Below, piece by piece: positions 1-16,100 of a stretch of 64,000 nt of DNA (position 1 is its first letter; each line of letters starts with the position of its first letter). The position numbers and the translations under genes are program-made. The notes under the pieces were generated by a model. It worked only from the letters and a program-made list of their open reading frames with translations. It had not been told where the DNA came from and searched no databases. Origin of the DNA: Lingula anatina (lineage: Eukaryota; Animalia; Brachiopoda); NCBI GenBank assembly GCA_051362555.1, contig CM120647.1, positions 13,926,651 through 13,990,650 of the forward strand. Direction: 5' to 3'.

Positions 1-510
1 GCTAAAATAGAATTGATACCAATGAGTTATACTCTTTAGTAGTAGGAGATGACCAATGTATTTGCATGACAAACCATTCGACAATTTTATAATGGTTTGA
101 ATTGTGTCTTTGGTTTTCAATCAAATTCGTATTGAACAATCCAGAAAAATATCACTCACCGGGCATACATAAGCCTGTCATTTCGGATACAGCTTCCCCA
201 TAACCACAAGCCAACTTGCCAGGTTCGTATGTTGCATCTACTAAGTTAATAGCAGGGCAATCTTTGGTAGCCTCCATCTCCCACGCAGCTATAGACATAT
301 TGGACATTGCTTCCCTTCTGAAATACTCTAACATGTTTTGGCCACAGCGTTCAACATGGTGAGCCAGAAGTGTCGTGTCATCATCCTCGGCATACAACTT
401 CATTTTCATCTTCAATACCAAGTTGACCTAAAAAGGTTAGGACATTATGCTTAAAACACTGCTTTCCATAGGTAAGACCTTCAAAATTAACCAACTTAAG
501 TCAGTGTTGG

Positions 511-604
<94 letters not shown>

Positions 605-3600
605 CTGAACACGGAGATCGGAAGTAGTTTGAGCCCTTGACATTAAATTGCTTGACAGTGGGTGTATTTCTTTTCAGCACTCGCCTTACACATAATGCCA
701 ATAACTTACATAATTGCCTTCTGCCATTGCATACACTCCAGTGACCATGCTGTGAGTAGACAGTTCTCCCTCACACACGTACTGTGACAACTGTGTCATG
801 TTTTGGCTCATGTCATTGGTGGCAAACCACATTTTTACACCTTCCTCCAATGATCCAAGGCAGCTTTGAGATACATTTGTTCCAGCATCAAGCTTGATGT
901 GCTGGGTTACCAAAATGCCTGAAACATAATTTGATGATCAGGAAAATTGCCCACTTTTCCATATTTTACATGTCAAAGGTAATGCTTTTGTTACAAATTG
1001 TTCAAATGTACAGAAAGCATTTAAAATGTTGAAAGGAACTGATTAAACTGCCGTTTTCTTAAATGCATACCTGGTGTTTCTCCCTTTGGTTCAACATTTG
1101 ACCCTGGAAATACAAAGATCATTTCAATACCATTGCCGATTCAAGGTCAATAAAATGCACCAACATGTTCAAATGTTTACGTGGGTACCAATGGAGCGCT
1201 CACTACAATTTACTTCAATTAAGCCTCATCTCAAAGACTGCGTGTATTTTGTCAATAAGTCAAAGTGTGGATACTATCACAATACTCTTTACTCTTGGCA
1301 AACATCGACTTAAACCTATATCTGAATGGTGTTATGTTTGTCAAAAAAATACTTACGGCTTTCATTGCAGAATCGGCCAAAGTAGCCATCATAGCATTTA
1401 CAGGAATAATCAACTTCACCCCTTGGCATACATTCACCCATGACACATCGGTTGGCATGACAAGCTCTTGGCCCTAAAACATCCATTTTGAATGTTTACA
1501 GTAACTATAGATCAAAAGTTTATTCACTGACTCGTTACTTCTTTCATGGCTTTTTGCATTGACAAGAGTGCAGAGATCAATTTTGAATGTAGATAACAAA
1601 CGGATTCGAACTTACTAAAATGACATTTGTCAGTCTTTTCCTCATAAATGTATCCTCTGGCAGTGCAGTTCTTTAAACCAGTGTAGTATTGGGATGGGCC
1701 AGAACTTCGTAGATCTGGGCATTTACCAGAAGTTGCATTGCCCATTCCTGAAACATTCATTAAACTCAATTAAAAATGCTTCGAAGTGTATCATTTGTGT
1801 CCCTTTAATATGACTTGCTGTCATCTATACATGACAGACGTGCTAACGGCCTTTCAATGACTCGTCTACACTCGATAAAATGAAATGTTCTATTTATATG
1901 TCATTATCTAATATTTCAATCTTCACCTGCTATTTGCAGTTGCACTTGTCCTATACTATTTTAAAATTATAAACTTAGTGGTGTCCTCAAAGGACCCATC
2001 ACTATTATTTTACATTTTGAGTTGAAACTCAAAACGATCTTTATTACCTCCAATGAGGTCTTCTTTTGGCAGGTTCGCCTGGAAGGCCTTTGCAAATTTA
2101 TTCAGGCAATCATTGTAGTCATCCTCAGAAACGGTTCCATTTTGAAGCACAATTCCAGATATAATCACCTTTGACTGAAAAAGTTCAAAAGTCGGTTACA
2201 AAGAAATAACAGCATCTACGTGCAATCAAGTAAGCCATTTTAATTTGATATCAATGTTCTTATTTGCTTAAACACAGAAGGATATGACAAAAAGACATAG
2301 CTCAAAATAAATTGCTTACCATGTGCCCAGAGGTCTCGAGGTGAACAAGCGGCCATCCTGGTACCCCCGTAATTACCATTTCATCAGAGTAGCAGGTCAC
2401 CATCAGCAAGTGATTGATAGCCTTGGCATGCTCTTCAATGCGCATGCTCATAATTGAACCATACGACATACTGCACTCTTCAGATATAGAAGTGTTCCTG
2501 GCACTGCTTGCATTAAACCACAGCACCACTATATTGGAGGGCGCTAAAATAGAATTGATACCAATGAGTTATACTCTTTAGTAGCAGGAGATGACCAATG
2601 TATTTGCATGACAAACCATTCGACAATTTTATAATGGTTTGAATTGTGTCTTTGGTTTTCAATCAAGTTCGTATTGAACAATCCAGGAAAATATCACTCA
2701 CCGGGCATACATAAGCCTGTCATTTCGGATACAGCTTTCCCATAACCACAAGCCAACTTGCCAGGTTCGTATGTTGCATCTACTAAGTTCATAGCAGGGC
2801 AATCTTTGGTAGCCTCCATCTCCCACGCAGCTATAGACATATTGGACATTGCTTCCCTTCTGAAATACTCTAACATGTTTTGGCCACAGCGTTCAACATG
2901 GTGAGCCAGAAGTGTCGTGTCATCATCCTCGGCATACAACTTCATTTTCATCTTCAATACCAAGTTGACCTAAAAAGGTTAGGACATTATGCTTAAAACA
3001 CTGCTTTCCATAGGTAAGACCTTCAAAATTAACCAACTTAAGTCAGCGTTGGTAATATATATATATATATATATATTTTTTTTTTTTTCTGAACACGGAG
3101 GTCAGAAGTAGTTTGAGCCCTTGACATTAAATTGCTTGACAGTGGGTGTATTTCTTTTCAGCACTCGCCTTACACATAATGCCAATAACTTACATAATTG
3201 CCTTCTGCCATTGCATACACTCCAGTGACCATGCTGTGAGTAGACAGTTCTCCCTCACACACGTACTGTGACAACTGTGTCATGTTTTGGCTCATGTCAT
3301 TGGTGGCAAACCACATTTTTACACCTTCCTCCAATGATCCAAGGCAGCTTTGAGATACATTTGTTCCAGCATCAAGCTTGATGTGCTGGGTTACCAAAAT
3401 GCCTGAAACATAATTTGATGATCAGGAAAATTGCCCACTTTTCCATATTTTACATGTCAAAGGTAATGCTTTTGTTACAAATTGTTCAAATGTACAGAAA
3501 GCATTTAAAATGTTGAAAGGAACTGATTAAACTGCCGTTTTCTTAAATGCATACCTGGTGTTTCTCCCTTTGGTTCAACATTTGACCCTGGAAATACAAA

Positions 3601-6600
3601 GATCATTTCAATACCATTGCCGATTCAAGGTCAATAAAATGCACCAACATGTTCAAATGTTTACGTGGGTACCAATGGAGCGCTCACTACAATTTACTTC
3701 AATTAAGCCTCATCTCAAAGACTGCATGTATTTTGTCAATAAGTCAAAGTGTGGATACTATCACAATACTCTTTACTCTTGGCAAACATCGACTTAAACC
3801 TATATCTGAATGGTGTTATGTTTGTCAAAAAAATACTTACGGCTTTCATTGCAGAATCGGCCAAAGTAGCCATCATAGCATTTACAGGAATAATCAACTT
3901 CACCCCTTGGCATACATTCACCCATGACACATCGGTTGGCATGACAAGCTCTTGGCCCTAAAACATCCATTTTGAATGTTTACAGTAACTATAGATCAAA
4001 AGTTTATTCACTGACTCGTTACTTCTTTCATGGCTTTTTGCATTGACAAGAGTGCAGAGATCAATTTTGAATGTAGATAACAAACGGATTCGAACTTACT
4101 AAAATGACATTTGTCAGTCTTTTCCTCATAAATGTATCCTCTGGCAGTGCAGTTCTTTAAACCAGTGTAGTATTGGGATGGGCCAGAACTTCGTAGATCT
4201 GGGCATTTACCAGAAGTTGCATTGCCCATTCCTGAAACATTCATTAAACTCAATTAAAAATGCTTCGAAGTGTATCATTTGTGTCCCTTTAATATGACTT
4301 GCTGTCATCTATACATGACAGACGTGCTAACGGCCTTTCAATGACTCGTCTACACTCGATAAAATGAAATGTTCTATTTATATGTCATTATCTAATATTT
4401 CAATCTTCACCTGCTATTTGCAGTTGCACTTGTCCTATACTATTTTAAAATTATAAACTTAGTGGTGTCCTCAAAGGACCCATCACTATTATTTTACATT
4501 TTGAGTTGAAACTCAAAACGATCTTTATTACCTCCAATGAGGTCTTCTTTTGGCAGGTTCGCCTGGAAGGCCTTTGCAAATTTATTCAGGCAATCATTGT
4601 AGTCATCCTCAGAAACGGTTCCATTTTGAAGCACAATTCCAGATATAATCACCTTTGACTGAAAAAGTTCAAAAGTCGGTTACAAAGAAATAACAGCATC
4701 TACGTGCAATCAAGTAAGCCATTTTAATTTGATATCAATGTTCTTATTTGCTTAAACACAGAAGGATATGACAAAAAGACATAGCTCAAAATAAATTGCT
4801 TACCATGTGCCCAGAGGTCTCGAGGTGAACAAGCGGCCATCCTGGTACCCCCGTAATTACCATTTCATCAGAGTAGCAGGTCACCATCAGCAAGTGATTG
4901 ATAGCCTTGGCATGCTCTTCAATGCGCATGCTCATAATTGAACCATACGACATACTGCACTCTTCAGATATAGAAGTGTTCCTGGCACTGCTTGCATTAA
5001 ACCACAGCACCACTATATTGGAGGGCGCTAAAATAGAATTGATACCAATGAGTTATACTCTTTAGTAGCAGGAGATGACCAATGTATTTGCATGACAAAC
5101 CATTCGACAATTTTATAATGGTTTGAATTGTGTCTTTGGTTTTCAATCAAGTTCGTATTGAACAATCCAGGAAAATATCACTCACCGGGCATACATAAGC
5201 CTGTCATTTCGGATACAGCTTTCCCATAACCACAAGCCAACTTGCCAGGTTCGTATGTTGCATCTACTAAGTTCATAGCAGGGCAATCTTTGGTAGCCTC
5301 CATCTCCCACGCAGCTATAGACATATTGGACATTGCTTCCCTTCTGAAATACTCTAACATGTTTTGGCCACAGCGTTCAACATGGTGAGCCAGAAGTGTC
5401 GTGTCATCATCCTCGGCATACAACTTCATTTTCATCTTCAATACCAAGTTGACCTAAAAAGGTTAGGACATTATGCTTAAAACACTGCTTTCCATAGGTA
5501 AGACCTTCAAAATTAACCAACTTAAGTCAGCGTTGGTAATATATATATATATATATATATTTTTTTTTTTTTCTGAACACGGAGGTCAGAAGTAGTTTGA
5601 GCCCTTGACATTAAATTGCTTGACAGTGGGTGTATTTCTTTTCAGCACTCGCCTTACACATAATGCCAATAACTTACATAATTGCCTTCTGCCATTGCAT
5701 ACACTCCAGTGACCATGCTGTGAGTAGACAGTTCTCCCTCACACACGTACTGTGACAACTGTGTCATGTTTTGGCTCATGTCATTGGTGGCAAACCACAT
5801 TTTTACACCTTCCTCCAATGATCCAAGGCAGCTTTGAGATACATTTGTTCCAGCATCAAGCTTGATGTGCTGGGTTACCAAAATGCCTGAAACATAATTT
5901 GATGATCAGGAAAATTGCCCACTTTTCCATATTTTACATGTCAAAGGTAATGCTTTTGTTACAAATTGTTCAAATGTACAGAAAGCATTTAAAATGTTGA
6001 AAGGAACTGATTAAACTGCCGTTTTCTTAAATGCATACCTGGTGTTTCTCCCTTTGGTTCAACATTTGACCCTGGAAATACAAAGATCATTTCAATACCA
6101 TTGCCGATTCAAGGTCAATAAAATGCACCAACATGTTCAAATGTTTACGTGGGTACCAATGGAGCGCTCACTACAATTTACTTCAATTAAGCCTCATCTC
6201 AAAGACTGCATGTATTTTGTCAATAAGTCAAAGTGTGGATACTATCACAATACTCTTTACTCTTGGCAAACATCGACTTAAACCTATATCTGAATGGTGT
6301 TATGTTTGTCAAAAAAATACTTACGGCTTTCATTGCAGAATCGGCCAAAGTAGCCATCATAGCATTTACAGGAATAATCAACTTCACCCCTTGGCATACA
6401 TTCACCCATGACACATCGGTTGGCATGACAAGCTCTTGGCCCTAAAACATCCATTTTGAATGTTTACAGTAACTATAGATCAAAAGTTTATTCACTGACT
6501 CGTTACTTCTTTCATGGCTTTTTGCATTGACAAGAGTGCAGAGATCAATTTTGAATGTAGATAACAAACGGATTCGAACTTACTAAAATGACATTTGTCA

Positions 6601-8020
6601 GTCTTTTCCTCATAAATGTATCCTCTGGCAGTGCAGTTCTTTAAACCAGTGTAGTATTGGGATGGGCCAGAACTTCGTAGATCTGGGCATTTACCAGAAG
6701 TTGCATTGCCCATTCCTGAAACATTCATTAAACTCAATTAAAAATGCTTCGAAGTGTATCATTTGTGTCCCTTTAATATGACTTGCTGTCATCTATACAT
6801 GACAGACGTGCTAACGGCCTTTCAATGACTCGTCTACACTCGATAAAATGAAATGTTCTATTTATATGTCATTATCTAATATTTCAATCTTCACCTGCTA
6901 TTTGCAGTTGCACTTGTCCTATACTATTTTAAAATTATAAACTTAGTGGTGTCCTCAAAGGACCCATCACTATTATTTTACATTTTGAGTTGAAACTCAA
7001 AACGATCTTTATTACCTCCAATGAGGTCTTCTTTTGGCAGGTTCGCCTGGAAGGCCTTTGCAAATTTATTCAGGCAATCATTGTAGTCATCCTCAGAAAC
7101 GGTTCCATTTTGAAGCACAATTCCAGATATAATCACCTTTGACTGAAAAAGTTCAAAAGTCGGTTACAAAGAAATAACAGCATCTACGTGCAATCAAGTA
7201 AGCCATTTTAATTTGATATCAATGTTCTTATTTGCTTAAACACAGAAGGATATGACAAAAAGACATAGCTCAAAATAAATTGCTTACCATGTGCCCAGAG
7301 GTCTCGAGGTGAACAAGCGGCCATCCTGGTACCCCCGTAATTACCATTTCATCAGAGTAGCAGGTCACCATCAGCAAGTGATTGATAGCCTTGGCATGCT
7401 CTTCAATGCGCATGCTCATAATTGAACCATACGACATACTGCACTCTTCAGATATAGAAGTGTTCCTGGCACTGCTTGCATTAAACCACAGCACCACTAT
7501 ATTGGAGGGCGCTAAAATAGAATTGATACCAATGAGTTATACTCTTTAGTAGCAGGAGATGACCAATGTATTTGCATGACAAACCATTCGACAATTTTAT
7601 AATGGTTTGAATTGTGTCTTTGGTTTTCAATCAAGTTCGTATTGAACAATCCAGGAAAATATCACTCACCGGGCATACATAAGCCTGTCATTTCGGATAC
7701 AGCTTTCCCATAACCACAAGCCAACTTGCCAGGTTCGTATGTTGCATCTACTAAGTTCATAGCAGGGCAATCTTTGGTAGCCTCCATCTCCCACGCAGCT
7801 ATAGACATATTGGACATTGCTTCCCTTCTGAAATACTCTAACATGTTTTGGCCACAGCGTTCAACATGGTGAGCCAGAAGTGTCGTGTCATCATCCTCGG
7901 CATACAACTTCATTTTCATCTTCAATACCAAGTTGACCTAAAAAGGTTAGGACATTATGCTTAAAACACTGCTTTCCATAGGTAAGACCTTCAAAATTAA
8001 CCAACTTAAGTCAGCGTTGG

Positions 8021-8119
<99 letters not shown>

Positions 8120-11100
8120 CTGAACACGGAGATCGGAAGTAGTTTGAGCCCTTGACATTAAATTGCTTGACAGTGGGTGTATTTCTTTTCAGCACTCGGC
8201 TTACACATAATGCCAATAACTTACATAATTGCCTTCTGCCATTGCATACACTCCAGTGACCATGTTGTGAGTAGACAGTTCTCCCTCACACACGTACTGT
8301 GACAACTGTGTCAGGTTTTGGCTCATGTCATTGGTGGCAAACCACATTTTTACACCTTCCTCCAATGATCCAAGGCAGCTTTGAGATACATTTGTTCCAG
8401 CATCAATCTTGATGTGCTGGGTTACCAAAATGCCTGAAACATAATTTGATGATCAGGAAAATTGCCCACTTTTCCATATTTTACATGTCAAAGGTAATGC
8501 TTTTGTTACAAGTGTTCAAATGTACAGAAAGCATTTAAAATGTTGAAAGGAACTGATTAAACTGCCGTTTTCTTAAATGCATACCTGGTGTTTCTCCCTT
8601 TGGTTCAACATTTGACCCTGGAAATACAAAGATCATTTCAATACCATTGCCGATTCAAGGTCAATAAAATGCACCAACATGTTCAAATGTTTACGTGGGT
8701 ACCAATGGAGCGCTCACTACAATTTACTTCAATTAAGCCTCATCTCAAAGACTGCGTGTATTTTGTCAATAAGTCAAAGTGTGGATACTATCACAATACT
8801 CTTTACTCTTGGCAAACATCGACTTAAACCTATATCTGAATGGTGTTATGTTTGTCAAAAAAATACTTACGGCTTTCATTGCAGAATCGGCCAAAGTAGC
8901 CATCATAGCATTTACAGGAATAATCAACTTCACCCCTTGGCATACATTCACCCATGACACATCGGTTGGCATGACAAGCTCTTGGCCCTAAAACATCCAT
9001 TTTGAATGTTTACAGTAACTATAGATCAAAAGTTTATTCACTGACTCGTTACTTCTTTCATGGCTTTTTGCATTGACAAGAGTGCAGAGATCAATTTTGA
9101 ATGTAGATAACAAACGGATTCGAACTTACTAAAATGACATTTGTCAGTCTTTTCCTCATAAATGTATCCTCTGGCAGTGCAGTTCTTTAAACCAGTGTAG
9201 TATTGCGATGGGCCAGAACTTCGTAGATCTGGGCATTTACCAGAAGTTGCATTGCCCATTCCTGAAACATTCATTAAACTCAATTAAAAATGCTTCGAAG
9301 TGTATCATTTGTGTCCCTTTAATATGACTTGCTGTCATCTATACATGACAGACGTGCTTACGGCCTTTCAATGACTCGTCTACACTCGATAAAATGAAAT
9401 GTTCTATTTATATGTCATTATCTAATATTTCAATCTTCACCTGCTATTTGCAGTTGCACTTGTCCTATACTATTTTAAAATTATAAACTTAGTGGTGTCC
9501 TCAAAGGACCCATCACTATTATTTTACATTTTGAGTTGAAACTCAAAACGATCTTTATTACCTCCAATGAGGTCTTCTTTTGGCAGGTTCGCCTGGAAGG
9601 CCTTTGCAAATTTATTCAGGCAATCATTGTAGTCATCCTCAGAAACGGTTCCATTTTGAAGCACAATTCCAGATATAATCACCTTTGACTGAAAAAGTTC
9701 AAAAGTCGGTTACAAAGAAATAACAGCATCTACGTGCAATCAAGTAAGCCATTTTAATTTGATATCAATGTTCTTTTTTGCTTAAACACAGAAGGATATG
9801 ACAAAAAGACATAGCTCAAAATAAATTGCTTACCATGTGCCCAGAGGTCTCGAGGTGAACAAGCGGCCATCCTGGTACCCCCGTAATTACCATTTCATCA
9901 GAGTAGCAGGTCACCATCAGCAAGTGATTGATAGCCCTGGCATGCTCTTCAATGCGCATGCTCATAATTGAACCATACGACATACTGCACTCGTCAGATA
10001 TAGAAGTGTTCCTGGCACTGCTTGCATTAAACCACAGCACCACTATATTGGAGGGCGCTAAAATAGAATTGATACCAATGAGTTATACTCTTTAGTAGCA
10101 GGAGATGACCAATGTATTTGCATGACAAACCATTCGACAATTTTATAATGGTTTGAATTGTGTCTTTGGTTTTCAATCAAGTTCGTATTGAACAATCCAG
10201 GAAAATATCACTCACCGGGCATACATAAGCCTGTCATTTCGGATACAGCTTCCCCATAACCACAAGCCAACTTGCCAGGTTCGTATGTTGCATCTACTAA
10301 GTTCATAGCAGGGCAATCTTTGGTAGCCTCCATCTCCCACGCAGCTATAGACATATTGGACATTGCTTCCCTTCTGAAATACTCTAACATGTTTTGGCCA
10401 CAGCGTTCAACATGGTGAGCCAGAAGTGTCGTGTCATCATCCTCGGCATACAACTTCATTTTCATCTTCAATACCAAGTTGACCTAAAAAGGTTAGGACA
10501 TTTTGCTTAAAATACTGCTTTCCATAGGTAAGACCTTCAAAATTAACCAACTTAAGTTAGCGTTGGTAATATATATATATATATATATTTTTTTTTTTTT
10601 TCTGAACACGGAGATCGGAAGTAGTTTGAGCCCTTGACATTAAATTGCTTGACAGTGGGTGTATTTCTTTTCAGCACTCGCCTTACACATAATGCCAATA
10701 ACTTACATAATTGCCTTCTGCCATTGCATACACTCCAGTGACCATGTTGTGAGTAGACAGTTCTCCCTCACACACGTACTGTGACAACTGTGTCAGGTTT
10801 TGGCTCATGTCATTGGTGGCAAACCACATTTTTACACCTTCCTCCAATGATCCAAGGCAGCTTTGAGATACATTTGTTCCAGCATCAAGCTTGATGTGCT
10901 GGGTTACCAAAATGCCTGAAACATAATTTGATGATCAGGAAAATTGCCCACTTTTCCATATTTTACATGTCAAAGGTAATGCTTTTGTTACAAGTGTTCA
11001 AATGTACAGAAAGCATTTAAAATGTTGAAAGGAACTGATTAAACTGCCGTTTTCTTAAATGCATACCTGGTGTTTCTCCCTTTGGTTCAACATTTGACCC

Positions 11101-13050
11101 TGGAAATACAAAGATCATTTCAATACCACTGCCGATTCAAGGTCAATAAAATGCACCAACATGTTCAAATGTTTACGTGGGTACCAATGGAGCGCTCACT
11201 ACAATTTACTTCAATTAAGCCTCATCTCAAAGACTGCGTGTATTTTGTCAATAAGTCAAAGTGTGGATACTATCACAATACTCTTTACTCTTGGCAAACA
11301 TCGACTTAAACCTATATCTGAATGGTGTTATGTTTGTCAAAAAAATACTTACGGCTTTCATTGCAGAATCGGCCAAAGTAGCCATCATAGCATTTACAGG
11401 AATAATCAACTTCACCCCTTGGCATACATTCACCCATGACACATCGGTTGGCATGACAAGCTCTTGGCCCTAAAACATCCATTTTGAATGTTTACAGTAA
11501 CTATAGATCAAAAGTTTATTCACTGACTCGTTACTTCTTTCATGGCTTTTTGCATTGACAAGAGTGCAGAGATCAATTTTGAATGTAGATAACAAACGGA
11601 TTCGAACTTACTAAAATGACATTTGTCAGTCTTTTCCTCATAAATGTATCCTCTGGCAGTGCAGTTCTTTAAACCAGTGTAGTATTGCGATGGGCCAGAA
11701 CTTCGTAGATCTGGGCATTTACCAGAAGTTGCATTGCCCATTCCTGAAATATTCATTAAACTCAATTAAAAATGCTTCGAAGTGTATCATTTGTGTCCCT
11801 TTAATATGACTTGCTGTCATCTATACATGACAGGCATGTGCTTACGGCCTTTCAATGACTCGTCTACACTCGATAAAATGAAATGTTCTATTTATATGTC
11901 ATTATCTAATATTTCAATCTTCACCTGCTATTTGCAGTTGCACTTGTCCTATACTATTTTAAAATTATAAACTTAGTGGTGTCCTCAAAGGACCCATCAC
12001 TATTATTTTACATTTTGAGTTGAAACTCAAAACGATCTTTATTACCTCCAATGAGGTCTTCTTTTGGCAGGTTCGCCTGGAAGGCCTTTGCAAATTTATT
12101 CAGGCAATCATTGTAGTCATCCTCAGAAACGGTTCCATTTTGAATCACAATTCCAGATATAATCACCTTTGACTGAAAAAGTTCAAAAGTCGGTTACAAA
12201 GAAATAACAGCATCTACGTGCAATCAAGTAAGCCATTTTAATTTGATATCAATGTTCTTTTTTGCTTAAACACAGAAGGATATGACAAAAAGACATAGCT
12301 CAAAATAAATTGCTTACCATGTGCCCAGAGGTCTCGAGGTGAACAAGCGGCCATCCTGGTACCCCCGTAATTACCATTTCATCAGAGTAGCAGGTCACCA
12401 TCAGCAAGTGATTGATAGCCTTGGCATGCTCTTCAATGCGCATGCTCATAATTGAACCATACGACATACTGCACTCGTCAGATATAGAAGTGTTCCTGGC
12501 ACTGCTTGCATTAAACCACAGCACCACTATATTGGAGGGCGCTAAAATAGAATTGATACCAATGAGTTATACTCTTTAGTAGCAGGAGATGACCAATGTA
12601 TTTGCATGACAAACCATTCGACAATTTTATAATGGTTTGAATTGTGTCTTTGGTTTTCAATCAAGTTCGTATTGAACAATCCAGGAAAATATCACTCACC
12701 GGGCATACATAAGCCTGTCATTTCGGATACAGCTTCCCCATAACCACAAGCCAACTTGCCAGGTTCGTATGTTGCATCTACTAAGTTCATAGCAGGACAA
12801 TCTTTGGTAGCCTCCATCTCCCACGCAGCTATAGACATATTGGACATTGCTTCCCTTCTGAAATACTCTAACATGTTTTGGCCACAGCGTTCAACATGAT
12901 GAGCCAGAAGTGTCGTGTCATCATCCTCGGCATACAACTTCATTTTCATCTTCAATACCAAGTTGACCTAAAAAGGTTAGGACATTATGCTTAAAACACT
13001 GCTTTCCATAGGTAAGACCTTCAAAATTAACCAACTTAAGTCAGCGTTGG

Positions 13051-13138
<88 letters not shown>

Positions 13139-16100
13139 TTTTCTGAACACGGAGATCGGAAGTAGTTTGAGCCCTTGACATTAAATTGCTTGACAGTGGG
13201 TGTATTTCTTTTCAGCACTCGCCTTACACATAATGCCAATAACTTACATAATTGCCTTCTGCCATTGCATACACTCCAGTGACCATGTTGTGAGTAGACA
13301 GTTCTCCCTCACACACGTACTGTGACAACTGTGTCAGGTTTTGGCTCATGTCATTGGTGGCAAACCACATTTTTACACCTTCCTCCAATGATCCAAGGCA
13401 GCTTTGAGATACATTTGTTCCAGCATCAAGCTTGATGTGCTGGGTTACCAAAATGCCTGAAACATAATTTGATGATCAGGAAAATTGCCCACTTTTCCAT
13501 ATTTTACATGTCAAAGGTAATGCTTTTGTTACAAGTGTTCAAATGTACAGAAAGCATTTAAAATGTTGAAAGGAACTGATTAAACTGCCGTTTTCTTAAA
13601 TGCATACCTGGTGTTTCTCCCTTTGGTTCAACATTTGACCCTGGAAATACAAAGATCATTTCAATACCACTGCCGATTCAAGGTCAATAAAATGCACCAA
13701 CATGTTCAAATGTTTACGTGGGTACCAATGGAGCGCTCACTACAATTTACTTCAGTTAAGCCTCATCTCAAAGACTGCGTGTATTTTGTCAATAAGTCAA
13801 AGTGTGGATACTATCACAATACTCTTTACTCTTGGCAAACATCGACTTAAACCTATATCTGAATGGTGTTATGTTTGTCAAAAAAATACTTACGGCTTTC
13901 ATTGCAGAATCGGCCAAAGTAGCCATCATAGCATTTACAGGAATAATCAACTTCACCCCTTGGCATACATTCACCCATGACACATCGGTTGGCATGACAA
14001 GCTCTTGGCCCTAAAACATCCATTTTGAATGTTTACAGTAACTATAGATCAAAAGTTTATTCACTGACTCGTTACTTCTTTCATGGCTTTTTGCATTGAC
14101 AAGAGTGCAGAGATCAATTTTGAATGTAGATAACAAACGGATTCGAACTTACTAAAATGACATTTGTCAGTCTTTTCCTCATAAATGTATCCTCTGGCAG
14201 TGCAGTTCTTTAAACCAGTGTAGTATTGCGATGGGCCAGAACTTCGTAGATCTGGGCATTTACCAGAAGTTGCATTGCCCATTCCTGAAATATTCATTAA
14301 ACTCAATTAAAAATGCTTCGAAGTGTATCATTTGTGTCCCTTTAATATGACTTGCTGTCATCTATACATGACAGGCATGTGCTTACGGCCTTTCAATGAC
14401 TCGTCTACACTCGATAAAATGAAATGTTCTATTTATATGTCATTATCTAATATTTCAATCTTCACCTGCTATTTGCAGTTGCACTTGTCCTATACTATTT
14501 TAAAATTATAAACTTAGTGGTGTCCTCAAAGGACCCATCACTATTATTTTACATTTTGAGTTGAAACTCAAAACGATCTTTATTACCTCCAATGAGGTCT
14601 TCTTTTGGCAGGTTCGCCTGGAAGGCCTTTGCAAATTTATTCAGGCAATCATTGTAGTCATCCTCAGAAACGGTTCCATTTTGAAGCACAATTCCAGATA
14701 TAATCACCTTTGACTGAAAAAGTTCAAAAGTCGGTTACAAAGAAATAACAGCATCTACGTGCAATCAAGTAAGCCATTTTAATTTGATATCAATGTTCTT
14801 TTTTGCTTAAACACAGAAGGATATGACAAAAAGACATAGCTCAAAATAAATTGCTTACCATGTGCCCAGAGGTCTCGAGGTGAACAAGCGGCCATCCTGG
14901 TACCCCCGTAATTACCATTTCATCAGAGTAGCAGGTCACCATCAGCAAGTGATTGATAGCCCTGGCATGCTCTTCAATGCGCATGCTCATAATTGAACCA
15001 TACGACATACTGCACTCGTCAGATATAGAAGTGTTCCTGGCACTGCTTGCATTAAACCACAGCACCACTATATTGGAGGGCGCTAAAATAGAATTGATAC
15101 CAATGAGTTATACTCTTTAGTAGCAGGAGATGACCAATGTATTTGCATGACAAACCATTCGACAATTTTATAATGGTTTGAATTGTGTCTTTGGTTTTCA
15201 ATCAAGTTCGTATTGAACAATCCAGGAAAATATCACTCACCGGGCATACATAAGCCTGTCATTTCGGATACAGCTTCCCCATAACCACAAGCCAACTTGC
15301 CAGGTTCGTATGTTGCATCTACTAAGTTCATAGCAGGGCAATCTTTGGTAGCCTCCATCTCCCACGCAGCTATAGACATATTGGACATTGCTTCCCTTCT
15401 GAAATACTCTAACATGTTTTGGCCACAGCGTTCAACATGGTGAGCCAGAAGTGTCGTGTCATCATCCTCGGCATACAACTTCATTTTCATCTTCAATACC
15501 AAGTTGACCTAAAAAGGTTAGGACATTTTGCTTAAAATACTGCTTTCCATAGGTAAGACCTTCAAAATTAACCAACTTAAGTTAGCGTTGGTAATATATA
15601 TATATATATATTTTTTTTTTTTTCTGAACACGGAGATCGGAAGTAGTTTGAGCCCTTGACATTAAATTGCTTGACAGTGGGTGTATTTCTTTTCAGCACT
15701 CGCCTTACACATAATGCCAATAACTTACATAATTGCCTTCTGCCATTGCATACACTCCAGTGACCATGTTGTGAGTAGACAGTTCTCCCTCACACACGTA
15801 CTGTGACAACTGTGTCAGGTTTTGGCTCATGTCATTGGTGGCAAACCACATTTTTACACCTTCCTCCAATGATCCAAGGCAGCTTTGAGATACATTTGTT
15901 CCAGCATCAAGCTTGATGTGCTGGGTTACCAAAATGCCTGAAACATAATTTGATGATCAGGAAAATTGCCCACTTTTCCATATTTTACATGTCAAAGGTA
16001 ATGCTTTTGTTACAAGTGTTCAAATGTACAGAAAGCATTTAAAATGTTGAAAGGAACTGATTAAACTGCCGTTTTCTTAAATGCATACCTGGTGTTTCTC

